64,000 bases of DNA from Felis catus (Eukaryota), in the NCBI RefSeq assembly GCF_018350175.1, contig NC_058368.1:47866001-47930000 (forward strand), given 5' to 3'. The position numbers and the translations under genes were made by a program. The notes beneath the pieces are model-generated. The model worked only from the letters and a program-made list of their open reading frames with translations. It did not search any database and was not told the origin of the DNA. Shown piece after piece: positions 1 to 12,119 of this stretch (positions are counted from its first letter, which is position 1; each line of letters opens with the position of its first letter).

Positions 1-214
1 TCCTTCCTCTCCCCCCATGGTCTTCTGTTAAGTTTCTCAGGATGCACATAGGAGTGAAAACATATGGTATCTGTCTTTCTCTGTACGACTTATTTCACTT
101 AGCATAACATTCTCCTGTTCCATCCATGTTGCTACAAAAGGCCATATTTCATTCTTTCTCATTGCCATGTAGGATTCCATTGTGTATATAAGCCACAGTT
201 TCTTTATCCATTCA
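1..214 (-). mobile_element. L1 (carnivore/felid) 3' region fragment, runs off the window edge
   Basis: Antisense L1 3' sequence (catatggtatctgtctttctctg...ttatttcacttagcataa...tccattgtgtatata...ctttatccattca), similar to the copies at 22240, 29228 and 34545. Confidence 0.85.
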
Positions 215-369
215 CAAATACATTTCTAAGTCAACTCTGCATAATGTTTTGATTATTTGATCAGTCAGTCACCCACATCTTAGTTCTATTTCTATTAGCA
301 GTGGATGATGGTCAGCATTAACTAACAAAAAGCCCTATGTTTGTGTAACTTTAAACATTTTAAAGTCTT

Positions 370-574
370 GGGGCGTCTGGGTTGCTGAGTTGGTTGCATC
401 TGGCTCTTGGTTTCTGCTCAGGTCAAGAACTCATGGCTTCGTAGGTTCAAGCCCCACATCAGACTCTGCACTGACAGTATGGAGTCTACTTGGGTTTCTC
501 TCTCTACTTCACTCTCCGCCCCTCCCCCACTCATGTTGTCTCTGTCTCTCTTAAATAAATAAACTTAAAAAAAG
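370..574 (+). mobile_element. Can-SINE
   Basis: tRNA-like head, CT-rich region, A tail; TSD cattttaaagtctt at 356-369 and 575-588. Confidence 0.92.
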
Positions 575-598
575 CATTTTAAAGTCTTTCACAGTACC

Positions 599-935
599 TG
601 CTACAGTCTGAATTTGCCCCCCATCCCCACCTTCATATATTAAAGTCTAACCCCTAAGGTGCTGGTACTAGGAAGTGGGACCTTTGGGAGATGATTAGGT
701 CACGAGGACAAAGCCCTTACTCATGGGCCCTTTAGTGCCCTTCTAAAAGAGACCCTGCAGAGTTCCTTCACCCACTTCTGCTATATGAGGATACCACAGA
801 TTTGTGACCTGGAAGAAGGCTCTCTCAACCAGGCTGGTTGGCATCCTGATCCTGGACTTCCAGCCTCCAAAACTGTGAGACATAAATTTCTGTTGTTTCT
901 AAGCCACCCAGTACCTATACTCTACATTTATAATT
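599..935 (+). mobile_element. MaLR LTR (MLT1A-like)
   Basis: Typical MLT1A motifs: ggacctttgggagatgattaggtcacgagg and cctggacttccagcctccaaaactgtgagacataaatttctgttgtttctaagccacccagt. Confidence 0.8.
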
Positions 936-1109
936 CTCACAAAAATACTTTGAACAAAGGAGAGCTGATACTATGATCATTCTCATTTCGTGAATGAAGA
1001 AACATCTTCAGAGTGTTTAATTTTAGTCCTAAATTCAGGTTGCTGGGGAGTTGCCAACATAGAGTGAGATCTTTGTGCTCTGCTTTTCCTATGGGAACTA
1101 TAAAAACCT

Positions 1110-1240
1110 ATGGGATCCTGGAACAGAAAAAAAACATTGTCTTAAAAATTGGTGAAATCTGAATTCAATCTGTAGTTTAGTTTGTAGTAATATACCAATG
1201 TTGGTTCTTAGTTTTAACACTTGTACCGTGGTCATGACTC
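1110..1240 (+). mobile_element. Old L1 (L1MC/L1MD-like) 3' fragment
   Basis: gggatcctggaacagaaaa...taccaatgttggttcttagtttt, similar to 2440-2770. Confidence 0.6.
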
Positions 1241-2103
1241 TAAAAACAAAGGAGGACAATCTGAGCAATTCCTATTTTAGGGAGTACAGGGTAGTATTCC
1301 TGGGTAGTACAGGAGGCATAAATAAGAATTTTAGAAAAAAAATACTGAATAAGTGGTCAGAGAATTGTGGGGGAAAAAATAGAAATAATACCACCAAAAA
1401 GCATTAAGGTTAGAAAGAACTGAAGTGTTAGATGTGATACCCCGTTGCCCATGTATCTAGCTAAACTCATCTCTTGCTTCCCACACCTGCTGTGCGTTTG
1501 GGTTCCTTTGCTATATGAATGGCATTACCATCCCCAAGTTGCTAAGCCAGAACCCAAAGACTCTTCTCTTTTCCTGAACCCTTTATTCAGCCAGTCACTG
1601 CAGCCCATAGACTCCATTTACAGAATTTGTTCCATTTTTTCATTACCAAGTTCAGGCCTCCTGCATCTCCCTTATCTGAACAGTTTTCTGCTCTAGTCTC
1701 TTGCCTGGTACCCCTGTTTCCCCTCTTGTCCTCCTCGTTCCCCTTCTCTAGGATTTGTTTTCCTTCTCTCTTTTTTTAAATTTACCTTTTCTTACTTTTA
1801 GAACTTTTAAAGATAGAGAAAAATCCAACAGAAGAGAATAACAGTCGTCCATATTCTAATCACCCAGAATTAATCACTGTTGACATATTATTTATTTGCT
1901 GCCAGTTTTTCTTTTGAAAGAAAAATCACCCTTTTGTTTTCTAAAAGTAAAATGACCTGCATTCCATATAAAGCATTGAAACAAGATAAAAGCATTACAA
2001 AGATGAAAGTTAAGAAATCAACTCCAGTCTCATTTGGCAGAAATTATCATCACTAGATTAGGAAGCAACATTCTTGTTTTGTCTCAATACATAGGGTGAT
2101 CTA

Positions 2104-2332
2104 TTTTTTTTTTAATGTTTATTTATTTTTGGGAGAGAGAGAGAAAGAGAGACAAAGAGAGACAGCACAAGCAGGGGAAGGGTAGAAAGACAGGAAGACA
2201 AAGAATCCAAAGCAGGCTCCAGGCTTCGAGCTATCAGCACAGAGCCTGACATGGGGCTCAAACCCACGAACCGTGACATCATGACCTGAGCCGAAGTCGG
2301 ACGCTTAACTGACTGAGCCACCCAGGCGCCCC
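2104..2332 (-). mobile_element. Can-SINE (SINEC_Fc-type, young)
   Basis: Full-length, CpGs retained, ends cccaggcgcccc; TSD tag(g/a)gtgatct. Confidence 0.95.
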
Positions 2333-2439
2333 TAGAGTGATCTTTCTAAATGAAAACTGAGCCTGTCTTTTCCCCATTCTTAACATCCTTTAATGGTCCC
2401 GTATAACCATGAGGAAAACATCATGCAAACTCAAGTTGA

Positions 2440-2769
2440 GAGACAGTCTACAAAACATCTCACCACTCCTCCTCAAAACTGTCAAGGTCATTAAGAACAA
2501 TAAAAAATTGAAAACTTCCCAGCCAAAAGGTGCCTAAGGAGATGAGATTACAAAAACAATAATTTCCTATCCTGCACGAGATCTTGGAACAGAAGAAGGA
2601 CATTAGTGTAAAACCATGGTAGTAATGTACCAATGTTGGTTTCTTAGTTTTGACAAAAGTACCATGATTATGTAACATGTTAGTGTCAGTGAAAACTGGG
2701 TCAGGGGTACACAGGAACTCTCTGTGCTACCTTTGTAACTTTTATGAAAATCTAAAATTACTCTAAAAC
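2440..2769 (+). mobile_element. Old L1 (L1MC/L1MD-like) 3' end
   Basis: cctcaaaactgtcaaggtcat...ggaactctctgtgctacctttgtaactttt...tctaaaatta, characteristic L1M 3' UTR. Confidence 0.7.
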
Positions 2770-2923
2770 TTTTTAAAAATGTTTGTTTATTTATTTTGTG
2801 AGAGAGTCCCACAGCCCTAACAGCAGGGAGCCCCACACAGAGCCTGGTCCCACAAACCATGAGACTGTGACCTGAGCTGAAATCGACTCAGAAGCTTAAC
2901 CAACTGAGCCACCCAGGAGCCCC
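2770..2923 (-). mobile_element. Can-SINE, internally shortened, inserted in an L1 tail
   Basis: SINE head at right end (caactgagccacccaggagcccc); approximate TSD aaaattact. Confidence 0.85.
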
Positions 2924-3714
2924 AAAAATTACTTCAAAATTTAAAAAATTATATAAAAAATCAAGTTATACAGTAAAAGAAAACATTTGGTGGCATGTCT
3001 TAGCTTTTAAGAGAAACTTAACAGAACAAGCCTTTCATGGATTGGGACCTGCCTTCTCTCTAACTCCATTGCCCAAAAATCTGCCCACACCATTATACAC
3101 CCTTCACTGGGGTCATGTGAACCACATGATGATGCTGTGCACTCCCTTGCAAACACACTTCTCCTCTTGTGTGTGTATGTGCGTGTGACCTCCTAATTTT
3201 TTTGCTTCCTATATATTTTTTTCAATTCTGGCTACTTTCTTCTCATGCCACCACCTTCATGGAAGCCACCATCACATCCTACTGATATAACTAAATTAGC
3301 TTTTCAAGTAGTTTCCTGATACTCACTCTGGTTCCCATCCAGTGCATTGTCTACCTAGCAGCAACAGTGATCTCTTAAAATATATTCTTCTTAAAACCTT
3401 TCATTGGGTTCCCTTTGCTCTTAGAATAAAAATCCAAAAAGCTCTGCAGCCTCATTGCCATGACTTCAGGGGCAACATTTCTATAACAGACTCAGTGGTG
3501 GGGTGCAGTGGTCAGAGAAGGGGTTTACTTCTCCAAAGCTATACTTCTTTTTGGCACACACTTGTCCCATCTCCTTATCTAAGTCCTACTAATTATTCAG
3601 GAATCATTTCATAAAAACTTTCCCTGATATTTCCACCCCTTCCCTGTCACCTCACACACATACTACTGGTTTCAGTCTGGTCTGGGAGGAGAGGCTACTA
3701 TCTTCTTTCATGGT

Positions 3715-3890
3715 TCAGAGCCTGAGTTTGAATTTGCCTGTGTCTCTTAACAGTTACGCGATCATGAGCAAGCAACTTGGCCTCTCTGAGTCAGCTTCCT
3801 CATCAGTTGTTCTGAGAAATAGTTATAATAAGTAAAGCACTTAGAACATCACCTGGCAACAGAGCGGGATTCAGAAATAGCCATCGCTAT
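3715..3890 (+). mobile_element. MIR fragment
   Basis: cctgagtttgaattt...agcaacttggcctctctgagtcagcttcctcatc...gtaaagcacttagaaca. Confidence 0.65.
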
Positions 3891-4782
3891 GCTATACCCT
3901 GTTCTTTGTCTTCACAGCCCTGGACACAAATATAATTAATGCATTCTATTGTCACCACGGGGTTTCTAGTGCCTAGCACAAGTCTTTGTTGAGTAACTCT
4001 TGTTTCCTTTGTCCGGAATGCACCTTCACTTTTTCTCCTCACCCTTTTCCATGTTGTCAATCCGTGCATGCTTTTTGCTCCCACCTCAGCTCGGGTCCAA
4101 TTCCACCAAAAGCCTCTCCTGCTCATGACGTTCTCCTCTGGAACAGGGCTTCCTTCTCTGGCAGCATAGCTCCTATTGGATCTACTTTGTTAGAAGTACC
4201 TGTCTCTCCATTAGACTATCAGCCCTGCCAATATTATAATCTCAGAATAAAAAGCTCCTGAAGATGTTGAATGAATGAATGAATGAATTGATACCTAACT
4301 CCAGAATTTGTGTGCTGTTGTGAGGATCAGATGGTAAGTTCTCAATAATTTTCCTACCTAAAAAGTCAACCTGAAGTGTCTTAAGAACAGTGAAAAAGTC
4401 AGTATTCTCTGATATAATATAGGCAATTAGTAAAGACTTAGAAGTCAGTGATGATATCAAGTCTTTTGGGCAAAGGAAAACAGAAAGTTGTTTGATAACT
4501 TGTAGGAGAAGTGTAGACCACCAGTAAAGCTGGGGAAATTTAGGAGGCATGTACTCATGTTGTGTATATATGAGGAAAATTGTCCTGAACACAGAGAGTA
4601 AGCTTCTCAAGGACATTCTCTTTTTGAATAACTCAAGACATCCTCTGCATTGTTTGCACAATAAATGCTGCGTGGATGAACATAAACTCACATTATAGAA
4701 GATTAGAGCCAGAAAGAATCTTAGAGTCATCTCATCCACCTTCATGATGAATGAAACAACAATTCTTAGAAGGTTCCCAAAT

Positions 4783-4900
4783 GGGGGTGCTTGGGTGGCT
4801 CAGTGGGTTAAGTGTCCAACTTTGGCTTGGGTCATGATCTCACAGCTTATGGGTTTGAGCCCTGCATAGGGCTCTGTACTGGCAGTGTGGAGCCTGCTTG

Positions 4901-4953
<53 letters not shown>

Positions 4954-5025
4954 TTCTCTCTGCCCTTTCCCTGTGTGTGTATGTTCTCTCTCTCTCTCAA
5001 AAACAAATAAACTTAAAAAAAAAAA
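4783..5025 (+). mobile_element. Can-SINE with expanded (CT)n
   Basis: Head ggggtgcttgggtggctcag; TSD agaag(g/a)ttcccaaatg. Confidence 0.93.
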
Positions 5026-5203
5026 CTTCAGAAGATTCCCAAATGAAGGATAAAAATGTTCATGTTTCAGGGATATTGTTAAAAAATTAACTAGGGTTTC
5101 TCTAGACTATAAGCAGTCATCTTTTTCTAAACTCAGTTAGAATTGGAATGACAGAAAAAGGTCAATTTTTGGGTTTTCTTCATAAATGGAGGATGGTATT
5201 ATA

Positions 5204-5238
5204 TTCAATTTTAGCATATGCGCTGCCGAAGCAAACAC
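5204..5238 (-). pseudogene. 3'-truncated U6 snRNA retrocopy
   Basis: Reverse complement gtgtttgcttcggcagcgcatatgctaaaattgaa matches the U6 5' end (gtgctcgcttcggcagcacatatactaaaattggaa); flanked by tggtattat...attc direct repeats. Confidence 0.85.
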
Positions 5239-5727
5239 TGGTATTATTATATTCCAAGGAACTTGTTCTTTGAATTTTTGTATTGCTCTGAAATGGTCAA
5301 CTAATCTTAGGTGACAACAGGAAATTCAGCTCACATCTTTCCCCGTTGTGGCTAATTCCCAACTTCCCAAGAGGAAGTCTTTAAACACGGGATAGTTCTG
5401 GTTTATTGGGATTGCCCCAGTGTGAACTTTTCTGCCTATGGGGCAGTTTTGGGGTGACCCATGATTTGTTTCCATTTTTGTTTTCATCCAACAGTAAAGA
5501 ATAAGATTCAAAGCATATAATGATGGAAGGCCAAAACAATTTATAACCATTTTAATTTGGTTAAAATAGCTACTTCTAGCATAGATTGTATAAATTTAGA
5601 GAAAAAACAACATATGAATAAACCAACCACATTTTTGGCCCTGATATACCAAAGGAAGATTAAGAGAATAACTAGATTACTTACTAATTTGTAATATGAA
5701 TTTGTGTCTTATCACTAAGTCACTTAT

Positions 5728-5961
5728 GGGGGGTCTGGGTGGCTTAATTGGGTAAGCATCTGACTTCTGCTCAGGTCATGATCTCACAGTTTGTGGGTTC
5801 AAGCCCTGCGTTGGGCTCTGTGTTGACAGCTCACAGCCTGGAGCCTGCTTCAGATTCTGTGTCTCCCTCTCTCTCTGCCCCTCCCCCACTCGTGCTCTGT
5901 CTCTGTCTCTCTCTGTCTCCCTCAAAAAATAAAAAATAAAATAAACATTAAAAAAATAATA
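5728..5961 (+). mobile_element. Can-SINE (SINEC_Fc-type)
   Basis: Full body and A tail; TSD actaagtc(a/g)cttatg. Confidence 0.95.
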
Positions 5962-7180
5962 ACTAAGTCGCTTATGAGTCAACACTTTTTTGAGAAAATT
6001 AAGAAAAATTCAAGGTAAAAAAAAGAAAAAGTCTATCTCAGGAACCAAATATTCAGCACTGAAACTTTGGTTATTTATTTATTTATTTAGTTAGTTAGTT
6101 ATTAAAGAGGAACAGTCAGTTGATTGGAACTTTGATTAACTTCAAACTTGCAGTGTGAGCAATAATGTTTTTATCACAAATGCCATCTCAGCATGGTGTT
6201 GTCCATCCGTCCATCTGTGTGCCGAGCATGTAATCAAAAGTGAACCCTATTCAGGGGAAGAAGAGTGAAGGTGTTGTGATTGTCATTTTGGCGCTGGCAG
6301 GCAACCTCAGCCAAGTTATAGAGAACTTTCTTCAAAAGTGAGATCAATCTAATCACAAAAGATTATATTACTCTGAGATTTAAAAACACTTTTCATGAAA
6401 AGAGACTGAGAAACCGAAATCTGAGAGTGCCAGCTCTCCCAGCAGGACAAGTAGGAGGCCATATGGAGGCTTAATTTTCTTTTGAATACTTTAAACGAGA
6501 ATTTGGATTTACCTGGGAGATTTAAACCTGATTGACAAAGCCCTTGAGGCTTTCTCAGCTGCAGAAACAAGAAGAGTTAATTGGGCAAGATAATGGAGTC
6601 AATTTTGTTAATTCTTCAAGTAGTACAGTTTCTTTTCTTTTCCAGTTTGGGAGGTAATTATAAAAGCAGGAAAAAAATCAGATTTATAGGCTACAAGTCT
6701 TACCAAATGATTTTAAAGTGATGACTGGGCAGCATAATGAACCCCAAGATTTAGAGCCACAGTAGTCTATTGAAAATGTCTAAATTCTTTTACATTATTC
6801 TGATAAAAAATGGTAGCATGTTTAATTTTTCACAGTATTTAAGAAGTATGTGCTATCCTTGGGCAGACATGAAATTATGTTGAAAATTTATTAATTGTCA
6901 CTGTGGAATTTTGTTCACATGATAAAATAGAAAGTTGATTTATCTTCCGTGTTTATAGAGATAGCGCTATTTCATTCATTGTGGGTATTAATAGGAGATT
7001 TTACAAAAGGAACATAGTGGGGAAAATCTACAAATCTAGAAAATAACAACAAATCAACCATATATTTGGCCGTGATAGTACCGAAGGAAGATTAAAGGAA
7101 GAACTGTATTGCTTATTTGTTAGTAGCTATCAAAATCCAAAACCTGCATTCCTATTGACCCTATAGAAATATTTGTACAT

Positions 7181-7287
7181 GGGACACCTGGATGGCTCAG
7201 TCAATTAAGTGCTTGGCTCTTGATCTCAACTCAGGTCTTGATCTCAAGGTCATGAGTTCAAGCTCTGTGTTGGGGGTGGAGCCTACT
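7181..7287 (+). mobile_element. Short/older Can-SINE
   Basis: gggacacctggatggctcagtcaattaag...tcaggtcttgatctcaaggtcatgagttcaag; lacks the CT-rich body. Confidence 0.8.
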
Positions 7288-7357
7288 GGAAAGGAAGGAA
7301 GAAAGGAAGGAAGGAAGGAAGGAAGGAAGGAAGGAAGGAAGGAGAAAGAAAGAAAGG

Positions 7358-7419
<62 letters not shown>
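7288..7419 (+). repeat. (GGAA)n/(GAAA)n compound microsatellite at the SINE tail
   Basis: Directly visible purine tract. Confidence 0.97.
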
Positions 7420-7421
<2 letters not shown>

Positions 7422-7589
7422 GCACAAAAACACAAGGGTATCAGAACAAAGTCGTTTGTTTCTGTGTGGTTTACAATGGGAAAAATTGCAAATACCCCGA
7501 TTGTCTCTCAGTAGGAAATTAAAGATTATTTGCATCCATATAATTAGTTAGTAGATCCATAGTATAGATATAAAAAAAGCCAACTGTAT

Positions 7590-8245
7590 GTTATTCATTA
7601 TTTCATTCAGAAGATTTTCTTGGCTGTCAATTATATACTAGTTAAGATATTAGGGATAAAGGATATTAAGGATCAGAATAGTCAAGGTAACAGTTCTCAT
7701 AGAGCAAGTGTATGGATAGAGAAGAGAAAATAAACAAGATTACTTCAAATAGTTATGGTATCAAGAAATAAAACTAGGCGATATGGTAATATACAGTGAT
7801 TGGACAGGCTATTTTAGTCAAGGAAGTCACAGGAAGTGACATGGGAAATGGACTTGGAGCCCAATGTTCTAGGCAAAGACAAGAGCATATTCAAGGGCAG
7901 GTAGAATGAGTTTGATGTGCCCACAAAGAGGGCCCATGAGGCTGGAACCATCTTGCAGTTGGAGAGGTGCTGAGGAGATAAATCCCAGAGGGCTTCGTAG
8001 AGCAGAGGTAAGAGTTACAGATTCATTGTACATTGTAATGAGAAGGAAGCCACTAAGGGTTCCAAGCAGGGGGCGACATGATCTATAAATGGTATGAAAA
8101 GTTCAGCTGGTGGTGCATTCTAGAAGGGAAAAAAATCACATCAGACTTGCGAGAGTCTAAGTGAAAGATGACAACGATGCGGGCCATAATGCAGGCCATG
8201 GAGATGACCAAAAGTGGATTCGTTTGGATTTTCTTTTGGAGGATG
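7590..8245 (-). mobile_element. L2 LINE fragment
   Basis: Antisense L2 3' end (ttattcattatttcattcag) followed by ggaagccactaagggttccaagcagggg and other L2 motifs. Confidence 0.6.
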
Positions 8246-8988
8246 ACGTTGTTCAGACCTTCTGCTATATCACTCCCTGTCTTAAGTCTCTTGACTTGGA
8301 CCTAGATCAGGGTTCTTACACAGTGTCTGTCTATAGTCTCATTTTTCTTCTCTGAATATGGGAATGGATCATGTCTGTGATATGTCTTTCAGGGGGCCAT
8401 TGTCAAGATTAAATGAGATAACACCTGTGAAAGCATTTGGTAAACTGTAAAAGCGTTCTGTAAATATCAGGTATTATTGTTATTCTTTCAAAGAGATTCC
8501 AGATGGAAAGCACAATCACAGCTGAAGCTCAGGGCTGCCTCCTTCCCCAGCATGACAGGGATAACACTGAGTACAGTGACTTCTTCTAGATCACAGTTTC
8601 CCTATGTAAAGTGGATAAAATGCATCTCAGAACCTCAGTCGAGGCATAGCAATGAGATGATGCTGAGGGAGGATAAACTAATTAATTATTACAAAATAAT
8701 TGGCTGCTGTATAAGTGATAAAAATAATAAAATATTTCCCAGGGCATTTCTGACATGCTGGAGTGATTTCATTAAGCCAAATTTCTCCCAGGGATTAAAT
8801 TCTGCCTGCTTGTGAATTAGTCCCTTTGGGGGCTACTTTCTCTCTCAGGTATTAGGGGAAAGTTCAGGAAGTTCTGGAGGCCCAGGATTTTAGTAACTTC
8901 TAAGTTTCCTAATTGGTGAATGGGAAATGGCTAGAACTTTCAAGGAATGGAATATTATTCCCTTCCCAATTTAAGAACTACAAGTTCA

Positions 8989-9190
8989 GGGGTGCCTGGT
9001 GGCTCTGTCGGTTCAGTGTCATACTCTTGATATCTGCTCAGGTCATGATCTCACGGTTGGTGAGGTCAGGCTTTAAAACCCTAGTAGCATGGAGCATGTT
9101 TGGGATTCTTTCTCTCCCTCTCTCTGTCCCTCCCCTGCTCATTCTCTCTTTCTCTGTCTCAAAATAAATAAATAAATTTAAAAAACCCAA
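8989..9190 (+). mobile_element. Can-SINE (diverged)
   Basis: Head, CT region, A tail; TSD aactacaa(g/c)ttcaggg. Confidence 0.88.
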
Positions 9191-9393
9191 AACTACAACT
9201 TCAGGGAAGCAACAGGAGCTTCAGTCTTAGGCAAAATTGTTGTGACCATAATCATATGGTATGAAATGTGAACATTAATGAAGACATCCTGTCAATTCAC
9301 TTAATACATTTTTTTTTACTGCCTTCAAGCAGTAGATATTAAAGAACATTCAGTTCATGTTTTATAACTAATACAGAGAAATATTTGAAAACA

Positions 9394-9607
9394 CTTTCCC
9401 TCCCTTCCTTCCTTCCTTCCTTCCTTCCTTCCTTCCTTCCTTCCTTCCCTTTTTTCTTCTTTCCTTTCCTTTCCTTTCCTTTCCTTTCCTTTCCTTTCCT
9501 TTCCTTTCCTTTCCTTTCCTTTCCTTTCCTTTCCTTTCCTTCCTTTCCTTTCCTTTCCTTTCCTTTCCTTTCCTTTCCTTTCCTTTCCTTTCCTCCCCCT
9601 CCTCCTT
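9394..9607 (+). repeat. Pure polypyrimidine tract (TTCC)n/(TTTCC)n
   Basis: About 214 bp containing only C and T. Confidence 0.97.
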
Positions 9608-11514
9608 GTTTTTGGAGGGGAGGGCAACTCAAGTTATCCAGGAGAGGGTAACTTTTACATGAAAGGTCAGATGGAGGGGATGGGAAGGAAGACCTCTATG
9701 ATCAATAATGATTTTTTAATCCTGAAGCCACACACTATAGTCATTTCTTCTGTAAAAGTCTAATTGACGTCAATGACTTTGAACATTCATACTCACTGGT
9801 TTTGAGTTCAATCTTATCTTGGTTTCATCATACCACCCACCACCTGCCTCTACCTTCAAACAATGGCCCTATCAAGCCAGTTCTGAGCATGCCTCAGGCT
9901 TACTTTCCTAGGGGAAAATTGAACATTACCTCACTTCCTGAAAATGTGTCCAACAGAAACAAAACACTCTTCTTTATGAAAAGCAGACAGCAATATTAAC
10001 ATTTGCTAGTTTGGTTGGTGATTTGCTCAATTCAAGGACCATAGATTGTTTGTAGTAGGGCTAAATGTGTACCAGTTTAGACTTTGGGAGGCTTTTTTTT
10101 TTTTTTTTTTGCTATTGTATATATTTTTAGCAAGTGAGAAATAGTGATCTTCTATAATAAAACAGATGTGTGGTTTGCACAAAACTAACATGCCTTGGCC
10201 TTCGCTAGGCAAAATGAAAAGTCATGAGTGATGCCATATTTCAACTCAAATATGTTTTGTGGAACATTAACATATCAAGCTAGAAGAATGTTCTTTGTAA
10301 CCAAAAATATTGATTCATTAAAAAAAAACTTGGTGAAATAGAATTGTTCATAAGTTATTATTGCTGTTCCCATAAAAATATTTTCTGTTTAAATTCATAA
10401 CAAACGTTCTGAGGAGGAGAAATGTCTTTTCTATGTCCCATTTAACAATATAATAACTTTGTTTTCAAAGTCTCATTTTATTCCAGCTGGAAGATATATG
10501 ATCTTGTTATACAAAACAACCACTTCATCTCTACAGAAACTTATTATTGAAATATATGATTATAATGTTCTACAGAGGGTGTAAGGCATAACCTTTGTCA
10601 AGTTGAGACTACATGCCATGCAGCTGAAACCTCATCTTCAGGATTATAGAGAAATTGCTTCCATAAAGTTATAAATACAGTTTGAATGTTAACATATCTG
10701 TAGCATTTGTTAGAAAGGTGATCATGTGTATTATTCTGTAAGGAGACTACTAAATAATAGTAATAAATGACCCATCCTAATGGCGTCTGTTTAATAAAGA
10801 ATGGGAAAAGATTGAATGTGGGATAAACTTGTGGGTGTGTGTTTTGCAAAGAGAAAGTGTCATTAAGGTGTAAATGCTGAAGCTTGAATGTGTGACCTAT
10901 TTACAAGGTCATGTGACAGGTAATTCCATGGAGACATTCCCTGAGATTCTGCTGATATTGTCACAGAGGAATATTTCAGAACCAAGATCCTCCTGCCTCT
11001 AGGTCTTTGAGTTGCCCTTCTCTCTGACGACAATTCTTTTTCTTCCCTTTCCTCTACCTTCCTGACAAAACCCTAGTAATATTTGGGTCTTGCCTTAGGC
11101 ATCTTTTCCTTTGAGGACTGCCCTGAGTACCCCAGGCCTTTACCCCTGGTGACTAGAATGGGCTCTCTACTTTGAACTTCCATTACACCCTGAGCTTCTT
11201 CATTTGTGTTACCTCATATGAAATTTACTACTGTTTATATTCTTCAAACAAGGACAAGAATTTTGTGGTCATGTCAACATTCTATATCCAGCTCCTAGCA
11301 CAGAATCTAGTATATGGTAAATGTTCACTATATGTTTTATTAATTGAATGAACATTTTGTATAGAATTAATCATGGTCTCATTGTCATCAGTCCATTAGT
11401 TATTAATGCAACACTTACTTGTTTAGTTGGAAGATGGATAGTTTAAAGAAAAAAAAAAACCTTCTCATATTCTGATCACATCCCCTTAAACCTTTCCTGG
11501 GTAGATATATTTAA

Positions 11515-12010
11515 TAAAGACTTTAAGTTGTGAATGACAGAAAAAAAGTCACTTCAGATTAAAAACATTTCCCCCCTCACTTATTGGGAAGTTCAGGGAG
11601 TGAACTTGGCTTTGGAAATGAATGGGTCCAAAAATTTCTATCAAGTGCTTACTTATAAAGCCATCTCTATTTCTCCTCTTTTATCACTGCTTTCTCTGCA
11701 TTGACTTCATTCTTAGGCAGGATCTCTGTACATGGGGACAAAGTTGGCCACCGGAAGCTTACGTTGTTTGTAAAGAGCAAAAGCTCAAGAGCCCCTAGGG
11801 GCCCTCATCGGCACTGTTTGGGTCACACATCCATCCTGGGATTTATTGCGTAGCCACAGTAGTGTGGAACTTTGGCTATCTGTGGATATGCTCACTTGGT
11901 GTGAGAGGAGTAGAATGCCCACAATAAAGAAGAGTTTGTTACCAGAGAAATGGGGAAAGAGAGTGTGTGGTGGGCAGACAAAAACCTTAGCTGACATGGT
12001 TCTCTGCCAA
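11515..12010 (-). mobile_element. Old MaLR LTR (MLT1K-like)
   Basis: ctgctttctctgcattgacttcattcttaggcag...ggcactgtttgggtcacacatccatcc. Confidence 0.5.
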
Positions 12011-12119
12011 ATAAATGCTGGGTATACTGGAAAATCATCAACATTGGATAAGATCAGGCAACTTGATTTTACTTGATTGGTATAGAAGTTGATAGGAGAG
12101 CCCTTTAAACATTTGCTTC

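Noticed and set aside
2112..2321. Recurrent MAQSVK..SAQVMIS.. peptide family across the window
   Set aside because: Translation of Can-SINE copies, not a gene family or a CRISPR-like array
4242..4745. 167 aa minus-strand ORF, the longest in the track
   Set aside because: No recognisable domain, ends in an L2 tail (tgaatgaatgaa), composition typical of chance ORFs in AT-rich DNA
7192..7551. K/E/R-rich and F/L/S-rich ORFs, also at 9339-9651 and 60383-60773
   Set aside because: Translations of microsatellites
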